A DNA stretch of 64,000 bases from Octopus sinensis (lineage: Eukaryota). The translations under genes were made by a program, and so were the position numbers. Numbering within the stretch: position 1 is the first letter of the stretch; each line of letters begins with the position of its first letter. The stretch lies in contig NC_043000.1 in NCBI RefSeq assembly GCF_006345805.1, forward strand, positions 120,714,001 to 120,778,000, read 5' to 3'. This document shows positions 40,198 to 56,897 of this stretch, piece by piece. The notes beneath the pieces are model-generated. The model made no database searches and was not told the origin of the DNA. It was given only the letters and a program-made list of their open reading frames with translations.

Positions 40198-41524
40198 TGT
40201 GTTCATCTGTCTGGGTTTATGTGTAAGGAACAACTTTGTTACTAAAACATGCATATTGGAAAAATACACAATGCCACTTTTATTTAAGGTTATTCGCATT
40301 GTCGTCCATTTTTCTTTTTTTACTTTGGAACAATATACTTCCAGAAGACCGTCACCAGTGCTTGATATTCCTTGCCTTATCTTTTCAAAGAAATAATTTC
40401 TGTGAATGTTGTTTACCGTTATTTTAACGTAGAGCTGTACATCATATGATTGATGCTGTTTCTTTCACATTTGTTATCACCAGACTGTACAATCTTTTAG
40501 CGTTTGACGTCAGGTTTCTTCAGAAATTGAAAAAAAAAATGCATCGTATCTAATGTTAGTTTGAAGCTAGGATGTATAGTCTGTGTTCAGTTTCGTGTTA
40601 TATTTTAGGAATAATAATGATCGTATGATTAATCTTCTAGTTTTTCGTTTTTGTTATTCTATATGACATAGGGTTATGACGACTTGAAAAATTTCCGTGC
40701 TGTGTCGTTTTTCATATCTCTTACTATCTACATACAAGCATCATACACAAGAAATCTAGACGCCTTATTTCAAAACGGATGTTTTTCATAATACGGTTCT
40801 CAAAGACGAGGCTATGATACTGGTTAAAAAACGTCTTTAGTAGGGGCGAAAGTCTATCTGTTCAGAACAGTTCCCTAAAGTAAAGATTTCAGTCTGAATA
40901 CTAGGAATATTCTTAGGGATTTATGCAGTGCGAGAGAGGCAAAAAAATGATTTTGTACCTTAAGAAGCAGCAGAGACAACGACATTCAAAGGCGAGGAAA
41001 CAGAATAGATATGATCGAATGCTAAACAAAAGAAACCTATAAATGATGTTCCGTTCGTGGATGAGTTATGAGAGCAGCCGACACAGCAAATGAACACACA
41101 ATGGATTATTCATTAATATGTTCAATGAAAAAAAAGGCATCTAAGTCTGTCTGCATGTTTTGTTATCATCGCATTCAGCATATTAGTATAGGTTTGTAAT
41201 TCAGGCTAATTATAAATATGATTTTATACGCATGGATGGACACTCACACGTACGCACGCACAGTGAGTATGTGTCTGCGTGTGTGCGTGTGTATGCGTAT
41301 ACAGAGGGGGAGAAAAAGAAGGAAAGGGAGAAAATGTATTGATTGCTAGATATCCGTATGTATGCGTGTATATTTGTCTGAGAGTGTTTATGAGTTTATC
41401 CACTCTCATTCCACACTCGAACCGCAATAACTCTGCGTATGTCTATGCACATATGCATGTGCTCGTGTGTGGGTGGATGTTCGTGTATATATATATACAT
41501 ATATATACACACATATATATAATG

Positions 41525-41573
<49 letters not shown>

Positions 41574-41637
41574 GTATGCATATATATATACATATATATG
41601 TATATATATATGCATATATTCATATATATATGTAGAC

Positions 41638-41670
<33 letters not shown>

Positions 41671-41796
41671 GTCATGTATATATGTATATATATGCATATA
41701 TATATTTATATATATGTATACATAGATGTATATATGTATTTATATGTACGTATATTATGTAAACATGTATATATATATATGTACACACACACACAA

Positions 41797-41831
<35 letters not shown>

Positions 41832-41914
41832 CGTACTATTTCTCAGTTTGTTACGTTAAGATATATATGTATCTATACACACACATAGACACATATATAT
41901 ATATATGTTTATAT

Positions 41915-41949
<35 letters not shown>

Positions 41950-42638
41950 TTTATTTACATGGATAGATTGATAGATGACCACGTAGAGTTAGATGGGCGA
42001 ATGTCTGCATGCGTGCGTATGTATTTGAGAGCTGTTCGTGATTTTATCTCCTCTCGGTGTAAATAACATAAATTATTCATATCAACAGTTGCATTGTTAT
42101 TCCGAATCTGGAGACATGTCATTTGGGATGAGCCTTTCTAAATTTATTTCTTGGGATGAAAATAAAATCATTGCTCTGAAAATATAATCACTGCTCTAAA
42201 TTAAATCTAAATTTGTGTTCAAATTAGATTTCCCCATTATATTAAAATAACATTTTTGTACAAAATTCAATAAAACTGTGGAACATATTTAACTGCAGTT
42301 TTTTCTATTGAAACCATTGAAATCCAGAATATTTCATGTATCAGAACATCTTCGTCTCATGAGAGGACAAGACAATTCATTCGGTGTTTTCTTTCACAAG
42401 TTTTACAGGCCCTGGTTAGAAATGTCCATAAAAAAACAGCACACATACACATACACACATGAACAGCATCCCATACGCATATATATATATATATATATAC
42501 AGACAGAAACATGGACTTAAGCATTTCAGCACTCACATTGTGCGCGTTTGTAGCTTTGTTTACTGTCAAACATGCATTTATATATGCACACACACTCAAC
42601 ACACACGTTATATGTATATGTGTGTGTGTGTGCGTGTG

Positions 42639-42706
<68 letters not shown>

Positions 42707-42779
42707 ATCCAAACATGAAAACACAAAGAGAAAACTCAACAACGCGAGGACGTAGAACAAATTTAGTAGAACAAATTTA

Positions 42780-42814
42780 GTTTTACGTTTCGAGCGGAGC
42801 TCTTCGTCAGAAAC
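42780..42814 (-). ncRNA. Intact-looking minimal type I hammerhead (extra A after A9) in element 42701-42882
   Basis: GTTT-CTGACGA-A-GAGC tcc GCTC-GAA-ACGT-A-AAAC. A sister copy at 43199-43233 (+) has U4C. Confidence 0.7.
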
Positions 42815-42984
42815 ACAGGAAAAGCAAAGATCCAGAGAAGGGAAGACGGAGGAAAAAAATCGCCAACGGTACACACGCGGTCTTATACATAAATATATAA
42901 CTCTCACTAGATGTGATTAGGCTATAAGAAACGCATACATTGTTAGAAATAAGAGCTAAGATTTCCTAAGGCTGTAGTCAACGT

Positions 42985-43332
42985 ACAGGAGGGGCTGTGT
43001 TGTGAGTATCTTGGTTCCAGGTTCAGTCCGACTGCATGGCACCTTGGGCAAGTGTCTTTTACTATAGCCCCGGACCAATCAAAGCCTTGTGAGTGGATTT
43101 GGTAGAGGGAAACTGAACGAAGCCCGTCGTGACCGCGTGTGTACCGTTAGCGATTTTTTTCCTCTGTCTTCCCTTCTCTGGATCTTTCCTTCTCCTATGT
43201 TTCCGACGAAGAGCTCCGCTCGAAACGTTAAACCCTCCTTCTTTCTTTTTTTTCCTGAGCGTCCAATAATACTATATGTGTTCCACGTCCTCGCGTGGTT
43301 GTGTTTTTTTGTGCTTTCTTGTTAGGATTAAC

Positions 43333-43394
<62 letters not shown>

Positions 43395-43715
43395 CACACA
43401 AAAAAAACGAAAGACAAAGACAGGTGGTGTAGACAACAAACAAATCTATCAGTATAACGCTCGGGAAGTGAAAAAGTCTTTAACGTTTCGAGTCTACACT
43501 CTTCCACAGAAGGGTGTGTGTGTCTATGGTTGTGTCTCTGCTTGTCCCCCACTATCACTTGACAATCGATGTTTGTGTATTTACGCTCCCGTAACTTAGC
43601 GATAGAATAAGTACTAGGCTTACAAAGAACAAATCGATTTCTTGGACTAAAGGCGGTGCTCTAGCATGGCCGCACTCAAATTATTGAGACAAATTATGAA
43701 TTAAAGAACAAAAGA
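42985..43715 (+). mobile_element. SINE family B interrupted by two HHR-bearing elements
   Basis: The SINE 5' part ends at AAGCCCGTCGT (43130) and resumes at ~43515. The inserts at 43131-43336 (+) and 43400-43513 (-) each carry an HHR-like motif. Confidence 0.8.
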
Positions 43716-44507
43716 ATATATACACTATCAGTGTTTACGCTTATGTGCCTTCACTACCGCATTAAAGCATTTTAGCTCTTATGTCTTGCAATGTAGGTGT
43801 GTTTAACACCTTAATCACATTTGTGTCACTTATAATTCTCCGTTTGTGAGACATTGCAAACTGTTGCTTAATATAATATATATATTATATATATAATATA
43901 TATATATCTATATATATATATATATATATGCATATATATACACACACACGTACACACAGATATATAGATTTCAAATTTACGGAAAACGAAAGACGAAGAC
44001 AGGTGTATGAACAACAAGCAGATGTAATAGTTTGACGTTTCGAGCCTACGCTTTTCAACAGAAAGGAATAATATGAGGAAAAAATGTGTATATGTGTGTG
44101 TGTCTGTATATATAACCATAAATCAAACGAAAAAAAACAATTCCTTTCCTTTTGAGTATTTTTGTCATTTGACAGTCTTACATGGAATTTCGTCTGGGTT
44201 TTTTTTAACAAAGGCTCTGAAGTGGCTTGTATATATAGATGACAATTTTCTTTTTATAAATTCACTAGTGTATATAAGTTGAGACAAATTGCTGGTGCTA
44301 TAAGTTTTAAAAATTTGTTATGTTATATTATACCTTTTTATAGTGTATTATAGTATAATATAATGTAAATAAAATTTTAGTTTGACAGTTGTATTTCTCT
44401 ATTTCATTTAATGTCTGTATATATATATATATATAGTTATCCGTAATAATGAAGGGTGAAATTAATTAAATTGGAATAATTATCAATTACACCAAGTAGT
44501 CTTCGGC

Positions 44508-44751
44508 ATGTAAAAGCCTCATTCGAGGAAAATTTAAGTAATACTAAGCAATAAAGGGTTTAGCAACGATGTAAAAGCCTCATTCGAGGAAAATTTAAGT
44601 AATACTAAGCAATAAAGGGTTTAGCAACGATTGTAAAAGCCTCATTCGAGGAAAATTTAAGTAATACTAAGCAATAAAGGGTTTAGCAACGATGTAAAAG
44701 CCTCATTCGAGGAAAATTTAAGGCAATTCGTTGCTAAACCCTTTATTGCTT
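44508..44751. repeat. 61-bp tandem repeat (3.5 copies) ending in an inverted copy of part of the unit
   Basis: Units start at 44508, 44569, 44630 and 44692. 44729-44751 is the reverse complement of AAGCAATAAAGGGTTTAGCAACG. Confidence 0.9.
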
Positions 44752-45176
44752 TATATATATATATATAGATATATATATATATATACCACGCACACTCTAG
44801 CACTGATCACTTACCAGCACCCATACCATCATCCACACACGCACATGTCAAGGTCACCAGCCGTCTTCCACCCACACATACATGCTCTCTTATACACACG
44901 CACGCGCACCTTGGTTTTGGGATCACCACTATTTTACTATCTCCCATTCTTTCTAGCTCTCCTGTGTGACCCCTCTGTCCGGCATCCGGCATGATAGATC
45001 ACTAGCCACTACACGTTCTTTATTTTCTCTCCCTGTTTCTTTCTATGTTCCTTTCTGTGGAAGAGTGTAGGCTCGAGACCTTAAAGACGTTTTCACTTCC
45101 CGGGCGTTAAACTAATACATCTGTTGGTTGTCTACACCACCTGTCTTCGCTTTTTGTTTTTTTTTTGTGAATTCTC

Positions 45177-45215
<39 letters not shown>

Positions 45216-45219
<4 letters not shown>

Positions 45220-45706
45220 GTTGTCCGGGAAGTTCGTGCCAATTTTTAAAGGAAAGAAAAAGGTCAATAAATACTTACCTTTACATTTTTAATCAACCAA
45301 ATATAAACCATTTTGTTGCACAATGTGACTCCATCTTTCCTTTAACTTGAAAATGCCCTCTTCCCAGAATTTTCATGGCAAAAATTCACCAAGGTATCTT
45401 TTTATGTCATCCAAGGAATTGAAATTTTTACCATTAAGACCATTCTGCAGAGACCTGAATAAGTGGAAATCCGAAGGAGCAATATCTGGTGAATATGGAG
45501 GGTGGGGGAACACATCCCAGCCGTGCTGCAGCAATTTTTGTCTGGTTCCCAAAGCATCAAGTGCCGAAAACGAACTTTCATATCTTCCATTTTAAAGGGT
45601 TACAGAATTAACACATGTTATAGGAACATAAACCATCTTCCACGAAAAGATAGCTTAAGCTGTGCTCTAATTGGAGGTGTACTCAGATCCTATTTTATGG
45701 ACGCAA

Positions 45707-45710
<4 letters not shown>
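45216..45710 (-). mobile_element. Second copy of the internally deleted mariner, one TIR missing
   Basis: TIR TTGGGTTGTCCGGGAAGTTCGTGCC after TA, and the same MED.KV.FRHLMLWE|P junction as 8834-9398. Confidence 0.88.
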
Positions 45711-48188
<2,478 letters not shown>

Positions 48189-48263
48189 TGTATATATTTA
48201 TGGGCCCTGCACAGAACTTTATATTCCCTACTATAATGATAATAATAATATATATATATATAT

Positions 48264-48517
48264 AGATGAGAAGTTGGTTGTATAAAAAATAGAAAAGAGT
48301 GAAAAGCTTAAAGAAGGCTTGTTTTATAAGGTTAAAGAATATATTTAAGTCGTTATGTTAGAAAAATGTTAGAAAATTTTGAGTATAGTAACATAGTTTT
48401 TGGAGAAATTTCTCCCAAAACCATTTGTAACATTTTTCTAACATAACGACTTAAATATATTCTTTAACCTTAAAAAACAAGCCTTCTGTAGTTTTTCACT
48501 CTTTTCTATTTTTCATA
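48264..48517. repeat. Foldback of the same PLE 3' end seen at 37800-37915
   Basis: AAGGTTAAAGAATATATTTAAGTCGTTATGTTAGAAAAATGTTA is mirrored at 48429-48472. TAACCTT..AAAACAAGCCTT.TGTAGTTTTTCACT is shared with 37823-37860. Confidence 0.8.
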
Positions 48518-48929
48518 TATATATATATATATATATATAGAAAGAGAGAGAGAGAGAGAGATAAAGGAGACAGAACGCGAGGGAGAGAGTATGAGGAGCG
48601 TAGTTCACTGGTGATCTAATGGAATAGGTATGTTGAATAAGTGCTTGAATTGGTCATTCGTTATGTTGAAGGTTCGCAGCTGCGGCTGGAACTAGGGATC
48701 CGCATTAGGCCTCTGTGTTAGTAGGTATATTTGATATTAGGGATTAAAAAAAGACAACGAACACCATTGCAGGACGAATATTTCAAGTTTGATTTTGATT
48801 TTTTTGTTATATAGAATAATTTAGAAGTTATATAGAATAATTTAATTCGGGTAAATATATACTCTCTTTTACGCTTTTACTTGTTTCAGTGTGGCTAATA
48901 AAGAAACATATCTACCTACCAACATATCC

Positions 48930-49019
<90 letters not shown>

Positions 49020-49518
49020 TTTTTCGTTTTCTTTTTTCTTTCCCTTTTTTTCTCCCCAAAAAGAAAAGCTCCACTTTGTAATTTGTCCTGTCTGTGTGCA
49101 GCCCTGTGTGGCTAATAAAGAAACATTTCTACATATCTATCTGTCTGTCTGTCCGTCTAACTATCTAGCAACCAAGCTACCTACCTACCTACCTACCTAC
49201 CTACATACCTACCTACCTACCTACCTACCTACCTATCTACCTACCCATCTATGCATGTGTGTATGTATGTATGTATGTATGTATGTATGTATTTATGTAT
49301 GTATGTATGTATCTATCTATCTATCTATCTATCTATTTATCTATTTATCTATCTATCCGTGTGTCTGGTTGCCTATCTATATTTTTAATTAATCGTTAGC
49401 AGAAAAAACGAACAGTCCTCACGACCACGAGTTTCATGCGTTAGCACTTACTACACTAGTTTGAGAAGTGTTAATGCACGTCCGCGTGTCACTCTGTTAC
49501 TTCTGCTAAATATCAATA

Positions 49519-49565
<47 letters not shown>

Positions 49566-49644
49566 TATATATATACATATATATATACATATATATATAT
49601 TTATATCATATATATATATACATATACACACACACACATATATG

Positions 49645-49681
<37 letters not shown>

Positions 49682-49733
49682 GTATGTATATATGTATATA
49701 TATATGTATATATATATGCATATATATATATGC

Positions 49734-49773
<40 letters not shown>

Positions 49774-50294
49774 ATGTATATACGAATATATGTATATATA
49801 TGTGTATGTATGTATGTATGTTTACATGTATAAAACAAGGGATGAAATATCATAGGTATACACAAAGTATTAAACGTGTACAGTAAAGTCTGTGACGCAA
49901 AGAATCTTACACCAGGCCATCTAATAATGCGATGTGGCTGACAAGAGTAATGCAATTATCATCAAGCGAAATATCATTTTCGATTATCGGCTCGACGCCT
50001 GTGTTATTTGGCAATTTTGAATATCGATAATAGTTTCCTTCCCAAACTATAAATATTTCATTTTACAACAGTTAGAAATACATTAGTAAAACAGCTTCCT
50101 ACCTCACGTGGAAGAAGAAAGAAAGGATGAGAGAAAGAAGACGAATAATGCAAAATAAAAACAAAAACAAAAACAAAAGACAAAATGCAAAAACCAACCA
50201 AACAAACAGACATACTATTCGTATATCAATAGAAAATAACATCGTTCTGTTCATCACGATCATAAACATCATTATAATGATACCAACAACAACA

Positions 50295-50336
<42 letters not shown>

Positions 50337-50372
50337 TTGATAATAATAATAATAATAATAATGATGATGATG

Positions 50373-50420
<48 letters not shown>

Positions 50421-50553
50421 GTAATAATAATAATAATAATAATAGTAATAATCATAATAATAATAATAATAATAATATTAATAATAATAATAATATTAAT
50501 AATAATAATAATCATAATAATAATAAAAATAAAAATAATAATAATAAAAATAA

Positions 50554-50614
<61 letters not shown>

Positions 50615-50615
50615 C
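50295..50615. repeat. Long imperfect (TAA)n microsatellite
   Basis: Directly visible. Similar tracts lie at 46680-46817, 47899-48047, 57374-57460 and 62639-62842. Confidence 0.95.
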
Positions 50616-51717
50616 ATTGTCATCGTTTAGAGCGACTGTAGGAGGCTGTAGCGACATCTATATACAGATTTATTGATTTATCTCGAAAAATCTAATCGAT
50701 CGCTATAGAAGTGTGTATCCGTTATTGCTGGAAATATAAAATTATTGCTTTCTGACGAGTAGAGTATATTTATTTTCGTCTGGCTAATTATTAATTTATC
50801 AAACAGATTAATCTTAATGATAATACGAATACGCAAAGAAATGCGTAAAAATACGCCGCCAAGAAATACGTAAAAATACGTAAAAATGTGCTATAAAAAA
50901 CCTGAAACAAACGAGAAAAAATAATCGTTATTTTATTTATTTTGTTTTGTTTTATATCTAATTGCTGTTTCTTATTTGGTTGTTGTTGTTTTTTTTGGCT
51001 GCTGGTTGATTTTTTTTACTGAATTTCGGACTGATTAATGAAAGCTTAGTAGTAAAAATATAATAATAAAATAGAAAACAGCGCTCACTAAAAAAAAAAA
51101 AAACTAACACAACTTACACGAACGTGCTGCTGCTTACCTAAAATTCGATCATTTACCCTAGTATATGTGTATGTGTAAAAGAAAGATAGAGATGAAGAGA
51201 GTGAATGAAAAGTGTTGAGAGCGAGCGACAGAGGGATGGATGTTGGTGGTGGAAGGACTGTCTGGATAGGCTGAAAACTAAACTATTTTCTCTATTGTTT
51301 ATTTATAGCTTGTTTTGTTTGGTGAGTGTGACGTTTTAACACGAGTTATTTCTGTCCGCATAAGTCTAAATATTTATATTGAACATGCTTATTTGTATTG
51401 TATGAGTTTTCTAAAACACAATACAACAACTAGAAGTTGCAATCGTACGTTCAGAGTTTCTACCGAGATATGGCTTGTGTGGTTTATGTTAGAATATTTA
51501 ATTCAGCATTTCTTACCTTCATCTGGAAAACAGAAGCACTTCTGAGAATACTTGTAGGATATATGTATATATATATACGGATATATGTATATGTATGTAT
51601 ATATAAATATATATATATATATAAACAACTTATAATCAAGGGCAAAAGAAAAACATTTTAATGCCAAAAATGCCGAAAATAGACAAATTGTCAATAACCA
51701 TATAAATTAACACTATA

Positions 51718-51758
<41 letters not shown>

Positions 51759-51802
51759 TTAATTATTTATTTATACATAGTTAAATATATTATATATATA
51801 TG

Positions 51803-51858
<56 letters not shown>

Positions 51859-52052
51859 TTAATTATTTATTTATACATAGTTAAATATATATATATATTT
51901 AACTATATATATATATAAATGTATATATATGCTTATGTATATACCTGCATATATATATATAATATATATATATTTAATTATTTATTTATACATAGATACA
52001 TTCATATATATTTATACATATATGTATATATATGATTATGTATATACCTGCA

Positions 52053-52099
<47 letters not shown>

Positions 52100-53079
52100 A
52101 TATAATATATATATATCTATATATAATATATAATATATAATATATATATGTGTGTGTGTGTGTGTATACGTATATGTTTACCTTTATATATGTATATGAA
52201 TATATATATGTTTATAAGTATATCTGTTTGCATATATATATATGCATATGCATTTTTGCAAGGACCACAGCTAGAATCAAAGCGATGGCATGCAAATTCA
52301 TTCTTAAAACTTCTGGCAGATTCGAACGCGAATTTGTTAATCTTTGATGTGTTTGTCACAGGACAAAAGCTTTTCTTTTCATCGACGAATTTGTGCTCAT
52401 ACCAAATTCAGTTCAGCAACACAAGGGATGCTGGAACGGTCGGGGTTACGAAATCGCTGTCTTTCGCCAGCCAGAACACCACTGTACCAATGAACCTTTA
52501 TGATGATCTTCTTTATAATTTGAGCAAACAATCTGTTTGCTGATCCCTGCTGATATCTATAATTCAATAATATATATAGTGAAAATGTCCGAAAAAAAAA
52601 AGAAAGACGAAGACGGGTGTGTAAACAATAAAAAAATGTATTAGTTTAACGCTCGGTAAGTGAGAAAGTATTTTATGTTTCGAGCCTAGACTACTTCAGA
52701 TCCCTAGCACTGGGCTCAGCTGTGAGGTTGGATCCTAACGGATGATCAATTGTAGCATATACGCAGCGTACCTATTTGTTCCGATCATTAGTGAACCAAA
52801 TCCCTCATATTCTTATACATGCATACATACATACATACATACATACATACATACATACATACATACATGCATGCATGCATGCATACATACATACATACAT
52901 ACATACATACATACATACATACATACATACATACATACACACACAGACATGTATATATACATATAGAAAAATGGAAGAAAAACGCGACAGACGACAATAA
53001 AACATCCGGACACACACACAAACACGCATATATATAACACACGCATATATATATTGAGAAAAAGGTCGCAAGGATTTTG

Positions 53080-53225
53080 GAAACAGAATCTTTTTATTTA
53101 TTCATTATTATTAACGCTTTCGTTCGTTTCTCGAACTTGTCAAATAGAATTTTATTTTATTTTTTGTTTTATTGGACATGTTCGAGAAACGAATGAAAGC
53201 GTTAATAATAATGAATAAAAAAAAC
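53080..53225. repeat. Short inverted pair, each arm with an HHR-like motif (best copy 53109-53146 -)
   Basis: Minus strand: TAT-TTGACAA-GTTCG agaaa CGAAC-GAA-AGCGTT-A-ATA. A decayed plus copy lies at 53170-53210. Confidence 0.65.
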
Positions 53226-53239
53226 TTTTATATACATGC

Positions 53240-53301
<62 letters not shown>

Positions 53302-53302
53302 A

Positions 53303-53345
<43 letters not shown>

Positions 53346-53827
53346 TTAAAATAACAAGGGTGAAAAATTGTATATTAATTTGATTAATATCCATTTGAAA
53401 CCAGTGGTCTAGCATATAGAAAAATCGGAAGATTCAGAAAAATTGCTTTACATACATATAAGGTGGATGACCGCTAAGTGGATATCCATATGCTAGAAGT
53501 AGACCCCTATGGTCTTACCATTAAGAAAGGAATGTTCTCAATGAAAATTTAGAAAACGCCAGAAAGTAATCGAGCAAGACAAATGAAAAAATACAAGATA
53601 TATAAATTTATCACAAATATATAGATTAATTACAAACCAGTTTCGTTGGGAGATTTTCTTATGGTAGTGAAATACATAGTTTTAACTGCTATTTCTAAAT
53701 TTCGGTATGTGATGAAGCAAATTTTTGCTGAACCCTAATTATAATTATACTCATAATTATACCATTTTTGTATATATATATATATATATTTACAAAAAAA
53801 AAAGAAAGACGAAGACGGGTGTGTATA

Positions 53828-54298
53828 TATGGTGGCTGCCCCTTCGTTATCGAGTATGGCCATTGCACGAAGCTTAATCAATGTTGTTATCGTGCAATGC
53901 CTGTGCAAGAAGATTTTTTTTTAAAGTGAGGAAAGGCTGTGCACTGAGTCAATCCCACTCACTAAGCAACAGCAGCCATAATCCGAAAAGAAGAACAAGT
54001 CAACATCATCGGTAACCACTGAGACGCAGTTTATGTCGGAGTTATCCCAGTTTCCTGAGTTACCTTCACTTCCAGTGGTTTAACCGCGCTATCGGGTATT
54101 CAGTCCGATTATTTCTATGTTCCCGCGCATGATACAGCCTTAAGGCATTTATTGGATGGCCGTTGACTCTCAAGAGTTCCTCCGCCCTTTGACGGGTTTT
54201 GTTTTTCCTCCCGCAGGGTGTCCAATAAACACCCTCCTCACCAAGCAAGCTTGGTGGGGTTGCCGGTTTAGTCGCCAATGACCCGACCATGCAACAGG
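53828..54298 (-). mobile_element. GC-richer non-coding element, possibly an RTE/BovB-derived deletion derivative
   Basis: Minus strand GGTCGGGTC..TGGCGACTAAACCGGCAACCC..CACCCTGCGGGAGGAAAAACAAAACCC resembles RTE 5' regions as I recall them. It is flanked by TA-rich tracts. Confidence 0.35.
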
Positions 54299-54361
54299 TA
54301 TATATACACATATACATACATACATACATACATACATACATACATACATACATACATGCAT

Positions 54362-54402
<41 letters not shown>

Positions 54403-54472
54403 ATACTGAAGTCTCTTTCATTCTTTTGTTGTCTTACCATTTCTATCAATACATACATTCCACATACATACA

Positions 54473-54524
<52 letters not shown>

Positions 54525-54569
54525 ATGTATATATATATATATATGTATATATATGTATATATATATATG

Positions 54570-54622
<53 letters not shown>

Positions 54623-56897
54623 TATATATATATATCCATATCCTCAGTAGTTCATATTTCCAAAAGAAAAAAAAGCATGCTGTAAGCATTGACAGCAAAA
54701 TGCTTATTTTAAGAAGTTAAAAGTTCTGGCCTCTCGTAGTCTGACCATTGGTTTTGCGCCCCTAAAGCGCTTAGCTGTATAGGGGACTCATGGCACTCAA
54801 AGGCATTAAATACACACACACACACACGCACGCACGCACATATCTATCTATCTATCTCTCTATCTGTTATATGTCTATATACATCTATATATATATATAT
54901 GCGTGTGTGTGTTTATGTGCGTATATTTATTTGCCCGTTATTTTTTTATTGTACACTATTTCTATTATTTTGTGTTGTTTAGTTTTATGGGGTTTTTTTT
55001 TACATTGTAACTGTCGTTCACTATATTTTCAATCTATCGATTGAGTAAACTGAATAATAGACCCACAGCAAATGTATAACAGAAACAGCTGTAAGAAAAT
55101 TATGCATTAATAAGCGAATAAAACCCATTATTTATTCCATTTTTCATACACACACACATACACACATACATGCACACACACTCACGCACGCCCATAATAT
55201 GGATCTTGTCAAGCTGGTTCGCCAAATATGCATTTTTTACAAGAAAGTAGAAAATCTGAAAATCCGCTATGATAATGTAGCCTTCCAGTCTCATTGCTAT
55301 GAAGGTATGTTTTTGTGGAGGAAAAAAATTGGAGGAAAAAGTTCCAGTGGTTTAAAAATCGGAAAAACTGTATCTTGAGTCAATACGAGACAGAAATTTT
55401 CGGCGTTTAGCGGAGCGGAGTCAACTTGAAGGTTGTACCCTGTTAAAGTTAAAGTTTAGCATCTGCGATATGACTGTTCATTGTAGGTTTCTAATTAGAC
55501 AGAAATACCTAATAAAAGCAACATGTATCATCTTACTGTTTCTTTTGTTTCTTTATTGATTGTATGTTTTCATTATTTTTAAAGATTTGTTATACTAATA
55601 TATTTGTCTGCATGTGTTTACTTTATGCATATTTCAGTATTATGTACACCTGTCATGTATTTATGTACATCATTAATATATAAGTACATGTAGATGTATG
55701 TATTCATATATAAGTTTATATGTACTTTTATGCATTCATGTTGAGTAACGTTTTCATGCTTGGATTTGTAAACTACGATACGAATTACACTGCTCAACAA
55801 AAAATTTGTCCTCCCCGCCCAAAAAAAGAAATGTGAATCTAACGGTTTAAGATATACTCCTAATTTAAATGTTTATGAATAGAATTACCTATCTGAGGGA
55901 ATGAGTCTCTGAAGTTTGGCAATACTGTCCATTCACTTTCACAATGCCAAGAATCTGTATAAACATCGTAAACCACTTTTGTTACATTTGCTGTAACGTC
56001 CAAGTCAGAAAGACGGCGTTCCACGCTATTGACTACGTGCGGCAAAGACACGGGTGAAGTGAAACACAACACAGCGTGCGGTTGTCATGGCAACAAGCTG
56101 CTAATGCCACGCTGTCTGCTGATTGGCTAAAATTACCCAAATTTAACAATTTTAATTCCAAATAACATCAGATATATTAATTTACGAGATGAAGTAATTG
56201 GTTGATCGTAATCAAAATTGAGAGTTGCATCGCTACACCAAAATGGAAAGCAATCTGAGCAAAATTAAAGGGGGCCCATTTTGCGAATGAGACTGACTAG
56301 ACCCCGTAATATATATATGCATATATCACATGTATAATAACATACGTTGTATAATTGTCAGTTCATTACAGCTGTTTCTTGCGTAACTTTTTAATAGAAA
56401 AAAAAACATTGGCGGTGCCCCAGCATGGCTACAGCTCATTAGCTGAAACTGGAAAAATCAAAATCAAATCAAATTACATTATTATAAAAGACTGTAATCA
56501 TCAGAAGAGAAGTAATTTTAGAAAACAAAAGAATATACTGCAGGGATGCGGCTAGAGTATCGACGCCAGCTATGAAATGCGAGAAGGACCAACTATGTTG
56601 GTCTTTGAGATTAAAAATATAGTTCTTGAAAGTGCGTAATATAATATGTAAGGTCAGTGACTCGGGTGAGAAGGAGTCTGCTTGATTATATCATTAGGTA
56701 GACTGGAGTGGGGTGTAGGAGATAATTCATTATAGTGGATTAATGTAATGGTAAGGGGAGGTCATAAAACAATTAAGGATAAGGGGGAAAATAATGATAA
56801 ATAAATGAAACCTAAGGACGAAGGAAAATAAAATAAAAATAATAATAAAGCGTACAAACTAAAGAGAGAGAGGGGGACGAAATTTAGGGGTATTCAG

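Noticed and set aside
44508-44721. CRISPR-like array
   Set aside because: The units are identical head-to-tail repeats without unique spacers, there are no cas genes and the context is eukaryotic.
51130-51290. Minus-strand AG|GTAAGC donor after a possible non-coding exon
   Set aside because: A lone donor consensus is common by chance and would need transcript data.
52370-52500. IS630/Tc1-like 'FIDE...W.GRG' peptide
   Set aside because: Too short, with no second or third catalytic motif and no TIRs seen.
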